A DNA stretch of 64,000 nt, from NCBI GenBank assembly GCA_043811535.1, contig JBDRNC010000039.1, positions 32,001-96,000 on the forward strand, in the 5' to 3' direction. The translations under genes and the position numbers were made by a program. The notes beneath the pieces are model-generated. The model saw only the letters and a program-made list of their open reading frames with translations. It did no database searches and was not told where the DNA came from. Positions 31,241-40,684 of the stretch are shown here, piece by piece; the stretch's first letter is position 1; each line of letters starts with the position of its first letter. Origin of the DNA: Elusimicrobiota bacterium (GTDB lineage Bacteria; Elusimicrobiota; Endomicrobiia; Endomicrobiales; JBDRNC01).

Positions 31241-32173
31241 CTATTTTCCGGAATTCTTATAGAATTCTATCGTCCTTTTCAATCCTTCTTCAAGGGATAT
31301 TTTCGGTTCCCATCCGAGCAATTCTTTCGATAATGACGCATCGGCGTATAACTCCATATTTTCGCCTTTACGGTACGGGTGAGCCCCCCATTGAGGGTTT
31401 CCGCCGCCCGTAAGTTTCACGACGGTTTCTATCATTTGCTTGATTTTCACGGGTTTTCCCGAGGCGAGGTTGATGATATGGCCTTTCGCCTTTTCGGATA
31501 CCGCGGCCGATATCATTCCGTCCGTAATGTCGTCGATATAGCAGAAGTCCCTTGATTGAATGCCCAGGGAACTCTTAAAGCTCTCGCCGGTCAGGCATGC
31601 CTTGATTATCTGTGGCAGAAACCTTTTTTCATCCTGGCCCGGGCCGTAAACGAGGAAGAACCTTACCACAACTCCGGGAAATCCTTCAAATTTGGAGGCC
31701 ATCTGTATGAAATGCGAGGCGTTGACTTTCGCGAGCGAATACGGGGATATCGGGTTTTCCCTCATGGACTCCTTCTGCGGAGCCGGCGAGCATCCGTATT
31801 CGTCGCTGCTCCCGATCTGTACGAACCCTTTAAGCGCCTGCGTATCAATGCAGTCCAGCAGGTTCAAAAGGCCTGTATAATGCGCTTCAATAACCTTTCT
31901 CCCCCCTTTGAGATACGGCGTGTGGTCTATATAGCCGCTGCAGTTGAAAACATAATCGAATTTTCTGTTTTTAAGCGCCAAGGACAGCTCTTTTATATCC
32001 GTCAAATCGGCCTTGATGAACTCTGCCTTTGAGTCCATATTCTTCTCGGGGAATCCCAGGACCGTGACATGCGGGGTGTAATCAAGGCATCTTCTGGTCA
32101 GATGCCCGCCGATGAAGCCCGTTCCCCCGACAATTAGGACGTTGTCCTTTTCCAAAAGAGTTGTTTTGTTCAT
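31241..32173 (-). CDS. NAD-dependent nucleotide-sugar reductase/epimerase (extended SDR)
   Basis: GGTGFIG, GSSDEYG, YSLAK, VYGPGQ. Confidence 0.85.
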   Translation of the reverse strand: MNKTTLLEKDNVLIVGGTGFIGGHLTRRCLDYTPHVTVLGFPEKNMDSKAEFIKADLTDIKELSLALKNRKFDYVFNCSGYIDHTPYLKGGRKVIEAHYTGLLNLLDCIDTQALKGFVQIGSSDEYGCSPAPQKESMRENPISPYSLAKVNASHFIQMASKFEGFPGVVVRFFLVYGPGQDEKRFLPQIIKACLTGESFKSSLGIQSRDFCYIDDITDGMISAAVSEKAKGHIINLASGKPVKIKQMIETVVKLTGGGNPQWGAHPYRKGENMELYADASLSKELLGWEPKISLEEGLKRTIEFYKNSGK

Positions 32174-32175
32174 GT

Positions 32176-32820
32176 TCAGATATCCTTGTTAAGTTTCTTT
32201 ACGCACGCGTCAAGGTGTTCGAGATCGGCGATTATGCTTTTATCAGCGTCGTATTTTCCCACGGAAGAGTTTCTTTCGACGAAGTTAACCCCTGCCTGCT
32301 CCGCGGCGATGCGGTCGCTCTGAGCGTCGCCTATATATAGTATTTCATTCTTGCGAAGCCCGTGCCTGGCGATGATACCGGTTATTATGTCAAGTTTCTT
32401 TTTCGGGCTCCCGTGAATTTCGGTGAAATACTTATTCAGGCCTCTTTTGAGGATGATTTCAAGAAGTTCTTCTTCGGGCGTCCCGGAAGCTATGAACATC
32501 TTGTATTCTTTGCGATTGTCTTCTAGAAATTCGCGCGCGCCTCTGACAAAGGGTGTTTCAAGTATTTTCTCGAAAACAATCCGGGTAAAGCGGGATCCGA
32601 GTTCTTTTTCCTCCAGTTCCGTAAGGGGCAACTTGAGGATATTTTTGTATATGTGCCTGAATTTGACGTATCTGGATATCCCGGCGTTAGCCAGGTGGTA
32701 ATCGACGATTTCCTTCTGTTTTCCGGGGTAATCTGAAAAAAGCTCTGCGAAAGCGTCGGTTTTTATGTCCGCGGATTCCAGTATAACCCCGTCAAAATCG
32801 AAAACAATAACTTTAATCAT
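32176..32820 (-). CDS. HAD-superfamily phosphatase
   Basis: FDFDGVI (DxD motif I), ASGT, K, IGDAQSD. Confidence 0.88.
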   Translation of the reverse strand: MIKVIVFDFDGVILESADIKTDAFAELFSDYPGKQKEIVDYHLANAGISRYVKFRHIYKNILKLPLTELEEKELGSRFTRIVFEKILETPFVRGAREFLEDNRKEYKMFIASGTPEEELLEIILKRGLNKYFTEIHGSPKKKLDIITGIIARHGLRKNEILYIGDAQSDRIAAEQAGVNFVERNSSVGKYDADKSIIADLEHLDACVKKLNKDI

Positions 32821-34555
32821 TACGGTTTAACCCCGTATCCTTAACATAGGAATAAAACTTTTCATAGTCAGGGACAGAAAAATATTTTTCTTTTGACGCG
32901 GCCGGTATGGTCTTTTCGTTCAACGAGCGGACCAATACGTCCTTAAAATCATTTTCATGCGCGATGAACAGGTGGTCTTTAATGAAATGATCGGTTCCGT
33001 CTGAAAATATTTCGGGCCTGTAATAAAGCGTCTTTACCCGCGTTAAAACCGCTTCATATGCGGCCGTAGATCCGGAAGTTATCAATAAGGCGCAGTCCTT
33101 GAGCAGTTCCGGTATCGGCGTATCGATATATACGCAATTTTGGTGGTTTTTAAACCTGTCATTATATATCGCGAACGAAGGCAGGTACGGGTGCGGTTTT
33201 ATACTAACTTTGTAATTACTTAACAGGGATCTATGGTTATCGAGAATATTCAGTATCTCATTTTGTATCGATTCGGCGATATCCCAGTATATCGGAAGCG
33301 CGACGATTATGTTCTTGCTGTTATTCGACCTATCGGAGGAATCCCAGATATGCTCGTATCTCAGCGAACCCGCGATATCGATTGCCGATGACTTCCCGTA
33401 TTGGGCGGCGAGAAAATCAGACCACACTCTGCCGGTAGTTAATATTATTTCGGGCAAAGGCATATTATTTTCGTATTTTGACTTGCGATAATCCAGCCAG
33501 TTGTTGGGAATGATCGTATGCAGATAGCCGATCCTGCGATGTCCGGCAAAAGCGATGTAAAGCATTTTTTCAAACGGCTGGTTCTCATAAATGCTGATAA
33601 GCACAGCCTGTTTCTTAAGCGTTCTTTCAACGTTTTTAAAAGCGTGATAACATAGTATAAATTTCTTGAATATGTGTTGATCATTTTCTCTTTTAATCTC
33701 ATTGTCCAAAAGAAAATTCAAAAGCTCGAAATCGAGCAAGTTATTTGAATTATTGACCGGCTTTACGGCCTTAAAAACCGTTAATGAAATACGAGTTAAG
33801 TCAAAAAAGCTGACGTAACCCAGAGAATCTATGACATTGTCGAAGTACTTGTTAAGCTTGTTAAGATGCGGTATGGAAACAACCGGCGCGGCCATGCGCC
33901 CTGTTTTCAGCCCTTTCGCTTTTAGAAAGGATTCGAGATTCACAAAAAATATATCATTAAATTCCGGCAGTTTGGTAAATACGGCGTCTTCGATCCAGCT
34001 GTAGATTATCACGTCATAATCGGCCAAATCATGTTTTTTCTTGAAAATCTTTGAATATAGAAGCAAAAAGAAATATTTATAAGATGAGATGGAGCATTTA
34101 ATGCGTTTTAAAAAGTTAACTAAAAAATGTGAGCAGCTGTTTTTATAAATCTTATATTGCCCATGAACGGGAAGAAGCCTTATGTTATCGAGCAATTCGT
34201 TATTATCGGTGATAAAAACTATATTATCATGAACGGAGGCCAGATATCCTGCCAGTTTCAAATAGACATACTGCTGGAACATTGATGTCTGGGAAATCGA
34301 TTTTGACGCGAACCTTGATGAATACCATAGAAGCTTGTTTTCCTGCAATTCCGAGAGCGTCCCGATATAGTCAACGTAGTTGTCCCTGCAGGAGTCAGTT
34401 ATCGATTCAATGTAGCGCCCTAGGAACACTCTGTTTTCCGTTTTGAACGCGCGGGCGGCGTTTTTAATCGAATCCGGACTGCCGAGATAGCACCATTTGT
34501 TGTCTTTCAGAGAATCCGGGATCTTTTTGCAGTAAGCGTCTAAAACAAATATCAT
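32813..34555 (-). CDS. Uncharacterised surface-carbohydrate biosynthesis protein (possible GT-B transferase)
   Basis: 580-aa ORF coupled to its neighbours; YENQPFEK, GYLH, GSLRY, IKPHP, SGSTAAYEA in the C-terminal half. Confidence 0.6.
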   Translation of the reverse strand: MIFVLDAYCKKIPDSLKDNKWCYLGSPDSIKNAARAFKTENRVFLGRYIESITDSCRDNYVDYIGTLSELQENKLLWYSSRFASKSISQTSMFQQYVYLKLAGYLASVHDNIVFITDNNELLDNIRLLPVHGQYKIYKNSCSHFLVNFLKRIKCSISSYKYFFLLLYSKIFKKKHDLADYDVIIYSWIEDAVFTKLPEFNDIFFVNLESFLKAKGLKTGRMAAPVVSIPHLNKLNKYFDNVIDSLGYVSFFDLTRISLTVFKAVKPVNNSNNLLDFELLNFLLDNEIKRENDQHIFKKFILCYHAFKNVERTLKKQAVLISIYENQPFEKMLYIAFAGHRRIGYLHTIIPNNWLDYRKSKYENNMPLPEIILTTGRVWSDFLAAQYGKSSAIDIAGSLRYEHIWDSSDRSNNSKNIIVALPIYWDIAESIQNEILNILDNHRSLLSNYKVSIKPHPYLPSFAIYNDRFKNHQNCVYIDTPIPELLKDCALLITSGSTAAYEAVLTRVKTLYYRPEIFSDGTDHFIKDHLFIAHENDFKDVLVRSLNEKTIPAASKEKYFSVPDYEKFYSYVKDTGLNRND

Positions 34556-34556
34556 A

Positions 34557-35468
34557 TTATCCGTGTTTTTTGTGTGATTTACGGGTCATTTCATGCAGGC
34601 ATTCCAAAAGGCCCTGGCCCATGTCGGTGTAATAGTTGCTGACAAGTTTATGGCCGATTTTCGGGATAAAGGAGTACGGCGTTATGCTGTAGTGGTCTTC
34701 ATTCAGTTTACCGGTGAACTCGACCTTTATATTCTTTCCCAGAATCTCTTTTATCATTTTGACCATGTCCGCGAACTTCATCTGGTAATGGCCGGTGATT
34801 ATTATGTGCTTATTCCTGTACTGATTATCTAGAATATCTACGCTGAGTCTTGCAGCGTCCCTTACGTGAATATACTCCCTGAACTCTTCTCCGGTCCCGT
34901 CGAGAACCAGCATGTCCTTTTCAAGCGCTTGTTTAAGGTATCTGTAAATGCTGTTGAATTCGTTAGCGTTTGGGCCGTAAAGAGTGCCGTATCTCAGGAC
35001 CGTGAAATCCAGGTTGTTTCTCCTGTGATATTCTTCGATGTATATCTCGGACGCCTGCTTGCTGCAGCGGTAGAACCCGCCTTTTTGGCTGTATACGTAG
35101 ATAGTGCTCGCGTAAATATAACGCTTGATTTTCGATTTTACACAGGCTTCGATTATGTTTAGATTGCCGATTACGTTCAATTTTACGGTATCAAGCGGTT
35201 TTGTCGATGCGTCATCAAGGCTGGCAATGCCGGAAAAATTATATACGAAATTATTGCCGCTTACCGCTTTTTCGACTGCGGGTCTGTCGAGAATATCGCT
35301 TTTAATGAATTTGAAATCGCCCTTAACATTATCCGGCGCGGTTATATCGAATATCGTCACTTTAAAGCCCCTGTCGATCAACTCATTGGCGACGTTCGAT
35401 CCAAGAAAACCCGACCCGCCGAAAACGACCGCTTTTTTACCGGCTGTTTTTACAGTTTTATTTACCAT
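34557..35468 (-). CDS. NAD-dependent epimerase/oxidoreductase (extended SDR)
   Basis: GGSGFLG, ASTIYV, YRCSK, LRYGTLYG. Confidence 0.85.
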   Translation of the reverse strand: MVNKTVKTAGKKAVVFGGSGFLGSNVANELIDRGFKVTIFDITAPDNVKGDFKFIKSDILDRPAVEKAVSGNNFVYNFSGIASLDDASTKPLDTVKLNVIGNLNIIEACVKSKIKRYIYASTIYVYSQKGGFYRCSKQASEIYIEEYHRRNNLDFTVLRYGTLYGPNANEFNSIYRYLKQALEKDMLVLDGTGEEFREYIHVRDAARLSVDILDNQYRNKHIIITGHYQMKFADMVKMIKEILGKNIKVEFTGKLNEDHYSITPYSFIPKIGHKLVSNYYTDMGQGLLECLHEMTRKSHKKHG

Positions 35469-36126
35469 TATACTCTCCGATGACAGTGCACGGCGCGCTG
35501 TCGATATTCGTGAAGATCAACGGCAAAGCAGTGACCTTTAACAACTTATTCTTTTTATTCGGTATTTTCATGTCTTCGATCAGCAGCAGCGGACGGCCGG
35601 GTGAGTCCGGGTCAAGGAAGGCGTTATGCGTTTCCCTTCCCATGGCCCTGTCGGAGAAAGACGAAACAGAGATCCAGTCTATTCCGACGGCCCTTAGATT
35701 CCGGTAATTTGCCCTGAGCCATCTTGCCGTATCGGGATGTATAGCCGGGTTCCTCAGGGAGTAAACGGGCTTGCGCCGGAATTTCCCCCATCCCGATTTC
35801 AGGATAAGAAGATCCGTGTTATTGTTTATGCGGCCTTTAAACATATCAATGGAGGCCGGCTGGCCGGCACGAAGAGCAAGTTTAACAACTTGCGGCCTGT
35901 CAAATATCCAGTAAGCCGCCGGATAATTCACAGCTTTCATTCCCTTCCTGAAGAAATGGTTCGGGCAGTCCACATGAGTTCCCCAGTGATTCTCGAATCT
36001 GAGTTCAAACACATTGCAGGAATCGCCCGATGAAAGCGATTTTTTCCGCGAAACCCCGATTTTTTGGGACGGCTTTCCGTAAGACGGGATATATTCAGCC
36101 ATCGGATAAGAGAGGAATTCGTACAC
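35458..36126 (-). CDS. Cyclase-family metal-dependent hydrolase (kynurenine formamidase-like)
   Basis: HWGTHVDCPNHF (HxGTHxDxPxH), GIDWIS, LIED, DSAP. Confidence 0.85.
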   Translation of the reverse strand: MYEFLSYPMAEYIPSYGKPSQKIGVSRKKSLSSGDSCNVFELRFENHWGTHVDCPNHFFRKGMKAVNYPAAYWIFDRPQVVKLALRAGQPASIDMFKGRINNNTDLLILKSGWGKFRRKPVYSLRNPAIHPDTARWLRANYRNLRAVGIDWISVSSFSDRAMGRETHNAFLDPDSPGRPLLLIEDMKIPNKKNKLLKVTALPLIFTNIDSAPCTVIGEYNGK

Positions 36127-37047
36127 TTATTTAAGGTCCTTTATGATGTTTTCCGCCGCTTCAATTTCCATCTGGATCCTGCTTTCAATCGCGTATGAGC
36201 CTGCGTGCGGAGTCAAAACGACGTTTTTCAACTCAGTAAGAGGCCCGGAATAGGGCTCTTTGTCATAAACATCCAGCGCCGCACCTTTGATATGCCCGTC
36301 ATTAAGGGCTTCAAATAACGCCTTTTCGTCTATCAGGCTTCCCCTGGAAGTGTTGACTATCCACGAGCCCTTACGCATTTTGAATAGGCTTTCTTTATTG
36401 ATCAGCCTTTCGCCGCCCTTCAGTCCCGAACAGTGCAGCGTGATTATGTCCGACCAGGCAAGAAGCTGGTTAAGATCCTTCCTGTTGAATTCCGCGGCGT
36501 TCAGCTTTTCGTTTATATCAAAATACGCGATCTCCGCGGAAAAACCGGACAATATTTCGGCGACCCTGCGCCCGATCCTCCCGAAACCGACGATACCTAT
36601 TTTTTTGCCTTTGATCAGATTCCCCATCTCCTTGTTCCATTTTCCGTTTCTGATCCCTGAATTCATTGAACTTATATTCCTCAGTAAGTCTATTATAATT
36701 CCGACGGTCAATTCCGCGACGGCTTCCGTGGGGGCGTCGGGGGTATTGCTGATCCTGATTCCCATTTCACCCGCGGCTTTCAGATCGATATTGTCGACTC
36801 CGGCGCCGCATCTTGATATCGCCGATAATCCCGAAGCTTTCAGGGTTTTGAGCGTCACCGAGTCGTATTTTTCGGTTCCTGCGATTATTCCCGCACAGTT
36901 CGAGCACAGTCCCGGAATTTCATCCGTTTTCAGCGCTCTACCCTTGTTGTTAAGCGCCAAATCAAATCCATTATTTCTCAGGATGTCAATCGGCCGTGAA
37001 TCGTGTTCAGCGAAGGATGTGGTAGTGATAGATATTTTATTTTTCAT
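36127..37047 (-). CDS. D-isomer 2-hydroxyacid dehydrogenase (phosphoglycerate dehydrogenase-like, no ACT domain)
   Basis: RCGAGVDNID, AVAE, GFGRIG, NTSRG, LDVYDKEP, TPHAGS. Confidence 0.9.
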   Translation of the reverse strand: MKNKISITTTSFAEHDSRPIDILRNNGFDLALNNKGRALKTDEIPGLCSNCAGIIAGTEKYDSVTLKTLKASGLSAISRCGAGVDNIDLKAAGEMGIRISNTPDAPTEAVAELTVGIIIDLLRNISSMNSGIRNGKWNKEMGNLIKGKKIGIVGFGRIGRRVAEILSGFSAEIAYFDINEKLNAAEFNRKDLNQLLAWSDIITLHCSGLKGGERLINKESLFKMRKGSWIVNTSRGSLIDEKALFEALNDGHIKGAALDVYDKEPYSGPLTELKNVVLTPHAGSYAIESRIQMEIEAAENIIKDLK

Positions 37048-37056
37048 TCCCTCTCC

Positions 37057-37803
37057 TCAAAGTATATCCTCCGGCAACTTCAATTTCATTATCGTGCCGG
37101 AATGCATGATAGTTGTCGGCTTTTTAACGTAAAAAACTCCGAAAACAAGCTTTTTATACAATGTCCTGGCGGTTTTAGACGGTTTTCCCCAATAACCGTA
37201 GGCGCTTATGGATTCCGGCGCCGGTTTTTGTTTCTCGAATAACTTTAAGGCGTCGTTTAAGCTGAATACTACATAATTGGCTATCTCCGGTTTCTTGTCT
37301 TTTCCGGAAAAGTTTATGTATTGATAGCTTTTTTTTATATCGTTAACACTTTTTCCTCTCGCGAGCCTCAGGGAAATTATGAAATGACCTCCCGGTTTCA
37401 GCGCCTTCCAGCAAGAGCTTATGATTTTCTTGGTCTGTAGGTTCCAATCGGCGCAGCTCAAAGAAAAAACCGTGTCATATTTCCCGGCGATATTATTTTG
37501 CTTGAGAATATCTCCGGCAACGAACCTTAAAGGCGCGCCGCGGCGGAAATTTCTTTTTGCTGTTTGAATCGCCGGGGCGTTTATATCAATGCCCGTGTAG
37601 GAATCAAAGCCGAATTTGTCTTTCAGCGCGGATGCCAGTCCTCCGCAGGCGCAGCCGACGTCCAAAATGTCTCCGAAAGATCCGTTTTCTTCGTACACGC
37701 GCATGAAAACCCGCTTTTCGGACGGGTAGAAATTATTGAAGGAGTTCCTGTTGCGAGAATAGTAATCAGAAATCTCTTTTGACCGGTATACTCTGTTCTT
37801 CAT
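37057..37803 (-). CDS. Class I SAM-dependent methyltransferase
   Basis: ILDVGCACGG, YTGID, ALKPGG. Confidence 0.82.
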   Translation of the reverse strand: MKNRVYRSKEISDYYSRNRNSFNNFYPSEKRVFMRVYEENGSFGDILDVGCACGGLASALKDKFGFDSYTGIDINAPAIQTAKRNFRRGAPLRFVAGDILKQNNIAGKYDTVFSLSCADWNLQTKKIISSCWKALKPGGHFIISLRLARGKSVNDIKKSYQYINFSGKDKKPEIANYVVFSLNDALKLFEKQKPAPESISAYGYWGKPSKTARTLYKKLVFGVFYVKKPTTIMHSGTIMKLKLPEDIL

Positions 37804-37806
37804 GCC

Positions 37807-38637
37807 TTATTCTTCCCAATCCTGATATAGCTTCATGTAGCTGGTATCCTTTTCAAGTATCGCCCCCCAAAAACCCTCATAATCAAAATATCTCCACAAG
37901 TAACCAAGGATTTGGCTGAGGATTGGAATTCCTTTCGGATATTGAAAGTATATCCTGCTGTATTTTATCTTCCATCCTGAATGAAGGAATATCAATTCCC
38001 AATCTGACGGATTCAATTCAAAAATATGCTCCTGCTCGGCGTTCACCTGCAAATGAGTCTGTTTTCTTATTGAGTGAAGCGCGACCCTGCTTGTCTTCAA
38101 ATAGGGAACGGTTATTAACATTTTATCGCAAGATGTCCTGTCTGCAAGGCGTTTGAAGAATATTGACGGGTTGTGCAAGTGCTCTACCATCTGGAATGAA
38201 GTGAAAAGGTCTATTTTCCTGCCGCCGAGGTCAAGATTTTCAGCTCTGCAAAAGACGGCCTTCAACCCTCTTTTTTCTATCTTTTTGACCGCGTTTGGGT
38301 CAAGATTCACGCTGACGGTATCTATTTCCTTGTCTTTTATAAGATTCTTTGCGTAAAGCATGTGCGAGCCTGCGGAATCTCCGATATCCACTATTGTTAT
38401 CCTGGGAGCGTCGATAAGTTCAACGGCTTTTTGCAGTAATAATAATTGAAACGACTGCAACGCCCTGCGCTTGACTTCCGTATATTCGTTGAAGTATGGT
38501 CTCTCGCTTGACTCCTGGTCGGAAATATCAGGAATTATTGCTCTTAATTCGGAAACAAGGCCGTTCAGTCCGTTCTGATTGACAGCGCGTTTAACCGACC
38601 ATCCGAATACCGACTCCAATACCTTATCTTTTCTCAT
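37807..38637 (-). CDS. Putative SAM-dependent methyltransferase
   Basis: VDIGDSAG variant of motif I; FQMVEHL; ITVP. Confidence 0.65.
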   Translation of the reverse strand: MRKDKVLESVFGWSVKRAVNQNGLNGLVSELRAIIPDISDQESSERPYFNEYTEVKRRALQSFQLLLLQKAVELIDAPRITIVDIGDSAGSHMLYAKNLIKDKEIDTVSVNLDPNAVKKIEKRGLKAVFCRAENLDLGGRKIDLFTSFQMVEHLHNPSIFFKRLADRTSCDKMLITVPYLKTSRVALHSIRKQTHLQVNAEQEHIFELNPSDWELIFLHSGWKIKYSRIYFQYPKGIPILSQILGYLWRYFDYEGFWGAILEKDTSYMKLYQDWEE

Positions 38638-39712
38638 GTTTTCTATACACCCTTATGAATATCTTCCAGAATATACTCATGGTTCTTTTTGAATTCGTGG
38701 TCACCCGAATAAAATTCTTCAAAAACGGCTGCTGAAAATTACCGCTGATAAGTATCTTCCTTTTCCTGAGGTCGTTTATCAGCGCCGCTGCCCCGCGGCG
38801 GCATTCTATAAGCACGAAATTAGCATGTCCCGGTATATATTTTATTCTCTCTTTTACAAGATTACTTATAATATAGTCCTTACCTTCTTTGGAATCCGAG
38901 ACTAATCTGCCGATCAATCTTTTTGTCTTAAGAAATCTATCGGCGAATAGAACTGATAAAGCGTTTACGTCGTAGGTCGGCTTGACCTTTTTGAGATTCC
39001 GGATTATTCCGGCCTGGGCAGCGGCGTAGCCCAGCCTGCATCCCGCCATGCCGCACAGCTTTGAAAATGTCCTGAGTACGATAAGATTCCCGAATTTGTT
39101 TATCAGCTTTATGTATGATTTATTGTAAAAGTAGTAATAGGCCTCGTCTATTAAAAGAAGAATGTTTTGACGGCGGGCTTTTTTGACAATTTCCAGCATA
39201 TCCTTTTCCCGGATAACGCTTCCCGTGGGATTATTGGGATTGACAACAACAGCCATCTTAACGCCCTTTTTTAATGAGTTCAGAAAATCTTCAGCAGGAA
39301 ATGACTGGGCGTTTCTGTAGCGCACATAAATGGGTTTAGCGTTATATATCGCGCAATAGACGGGATACATCGCGAAAGTCGGATCCGTCAGAACCACCCT
39401 ATCGTTTTTTTGGATATAAGCGTCAAAAATATATTTAATCGCGGCGTCGGATCCGTTAGCCATGCATATGTTCATGGTTTTAAGACCGTCAAGTTTCGCC
39501 ACGTTCGCGATAAGTCCTTTATATTCGGGATATTTAGATATATATTCCGACGTAATGCATGAAGCGGTATTTTTTATAAATTGAGCGGGCAGTCCCCGGA
39601 CGTTTTCATTCATGTCCAGGCATAAGCAATCCGAACGGGATGCATCCTCAACATTAAATCTCTCGATATTCATCAGTTGTTTTTTTGGTGTTATGCCGGT
39701 TTTCATTTGCAT
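38624..39712 (-). CDS. PLP-dependent class I/II aminotransferase (HisC/CobD-like)
   Basis: LDMNEN, NGSD, NPNNPTG, DEAY, RTFSKLCGMAGCRLG (PLP lysine). Confidence 0.87.
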   Translation of the reverse strand: MQMKTGITPKKQLMNIERFNVEDASRSDCLCLDMNENVRGLPAQFIKNTASCITSEYISKYPEYKGLIANVAKLDGLKTMNICMANGSDAAIKYIFDAYIQKNDRVVLTDPTFAMYPVYCAIYNAKPIYVRYRNAQSFPAEDFLNSLKKGVKMAVVVNPNNPTGSVIREKDMLEIVKKARRQNILLLIDEAYYYFYNKSYIKLINKFGNLIVLRTFSKLCGMAGCRLGYAAAQAGIIRNLKKVKPTYDVNALSVLFADRFLKTKRLIGRLVSDSKEGKDYIISNLVKERIKYIPGHANFVLIECRRGAAALINDLRKRKILISGNFQQPFLKNFIRVTTNSKRTMSIFWKIFIRVYRKHEKR

Positions 39713-39715
39713 GCC

Positions 39716-40684
39716 CTATTTGGTCAATTTTGATATCTGCGCTGTACGCCACGGACAACCGTCGCAGTCTTCAACTTCATCAGAACGTCCGGATTTATGC
39801 AGTTCCCTGGCGGTATTCAATCTTTCATCATGCCAACATTCAAATATCGTATTTTTCTTTACGTTTCCCGGAGAGATTGTCCTCAAGTCGTCGTTATTGC
39901 ACGGCAGAATCGTGCCGTCCCACTCTATCGTCATTCTCTGCCAAAGCTGGGGGCAAGCCCAGTCATACACGATCCCTTTTTCCCTCTTGGACTCATCTTT
40001 GTAATCGACTGCCGCCACTTCATCACAGAAAGGCCGCCAGGTTTTGACGTATTTGTCGGTATCATCCTCCAGCGAAAAGATAGTCTGTATCCTGACTTTC
40101 GGATAATTTAGCCCTCCTTGCTTCCTTATTTCAAGCAAAGCCTCAAGATTTTTCTTAATTACGCTTAGTTTGGCTCCTTTCCTGTTCTTTTCGAACTTTT
40201 CGGCGTCAGTGCCTTCAATAGAGACCGATATACGGTCGAGCCCCGCGTCAACGAGCTTTTGTATCATATTCTCCGTCAAAAGCATGGCGTTCGTGTTGAA
40301 ATATACGTCGATCACGCCGCATTTTTTGGCGTAATGTACCATTTCCGATATCTTCGGGTGCAAGAGGGGTTCGCCGCGGTAGCTTAATTTAACGGCCGCT
40401 AAACCGTATTCTCTGCCTTCATCGATTATTTTTGTGTACATTTCATAATTCATATCCCCGAACTGGTCCTTGCTCATCAGAGGAAGTTTATCGCAAAAAG
40501 TGCAGCGCAGATTGCACCTGCTCGTCGACTCAATGTCTAGATCGATAGGAAAATCATTAAGAATAAAATTCTTCGGATTCTCCTCCCATTTCCTGCGGTA
40601 CTCTATGTATTCGCCGGATTTTGATTCATGCACGGATGACCCGCCCAGTGAATAAAAATTAGCGTTTGGTTTTACTTTTACCAT
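39716..40684 (-). CDS. Radical SAM protein with SPASM/twitch domain
   Basis: CNLRCTFC; RGEPLL; C-terminal CPQLW...ILPC...CDGC. Start set at ATG 40684 (GAGG upstream). Confidence 0.88.
   Translation of the reverse strand: MVKVKPNANFYSLGGSSVHESKSGEYIEYRRKWEENPKNFILNDFPIDLDIESTSRCNLRCTFCDKLPLMSKDQFGDMNYEMYTKIIDEGREYGLAAVKLSYRGEPLLHPKISEMVHYAKKCGVIDVYFNTNAMLLTENMIQKLVDAGLDRISVSIEGTDAEKFEKNRKGAKLSVIKKNLEALLEIRKQGGLNYPKVRIQTIFSLEDDTDKYVKTWRPFCDEVAAVDYKDESKREKGIVYDWACPQLWQRMTIEWDGTILPCNNDDLRTISPGNVKKNTIFECWHDERLNTARELHKSGRSDEVEDCDGCPWRTAQISKLTK

Noticed and set aside
36287..37132. 281-aa plus-strand ORF, the longest antisense ORF
   Set aside because: Almost entirely overlaps the well-supported dehydrogenase on the minus strand; Ser/Ile/Phe-rich composition is typical of a shadow frame.
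36127..39712. Housekeeping serA and hisC
   Set aside because: The dehydrogenase lacks an ACT domain, no other ser/his genes are present, and both sit inside a glycan module, so gene symbols were withheld.
39716..40684. RiPP maturase reading of the radical SAM/SPASM gene
   Set aside because: No precursor peptide, RRE domain or peptidase/transporter nearby; the gene overlaps a cytidylyltransferase.
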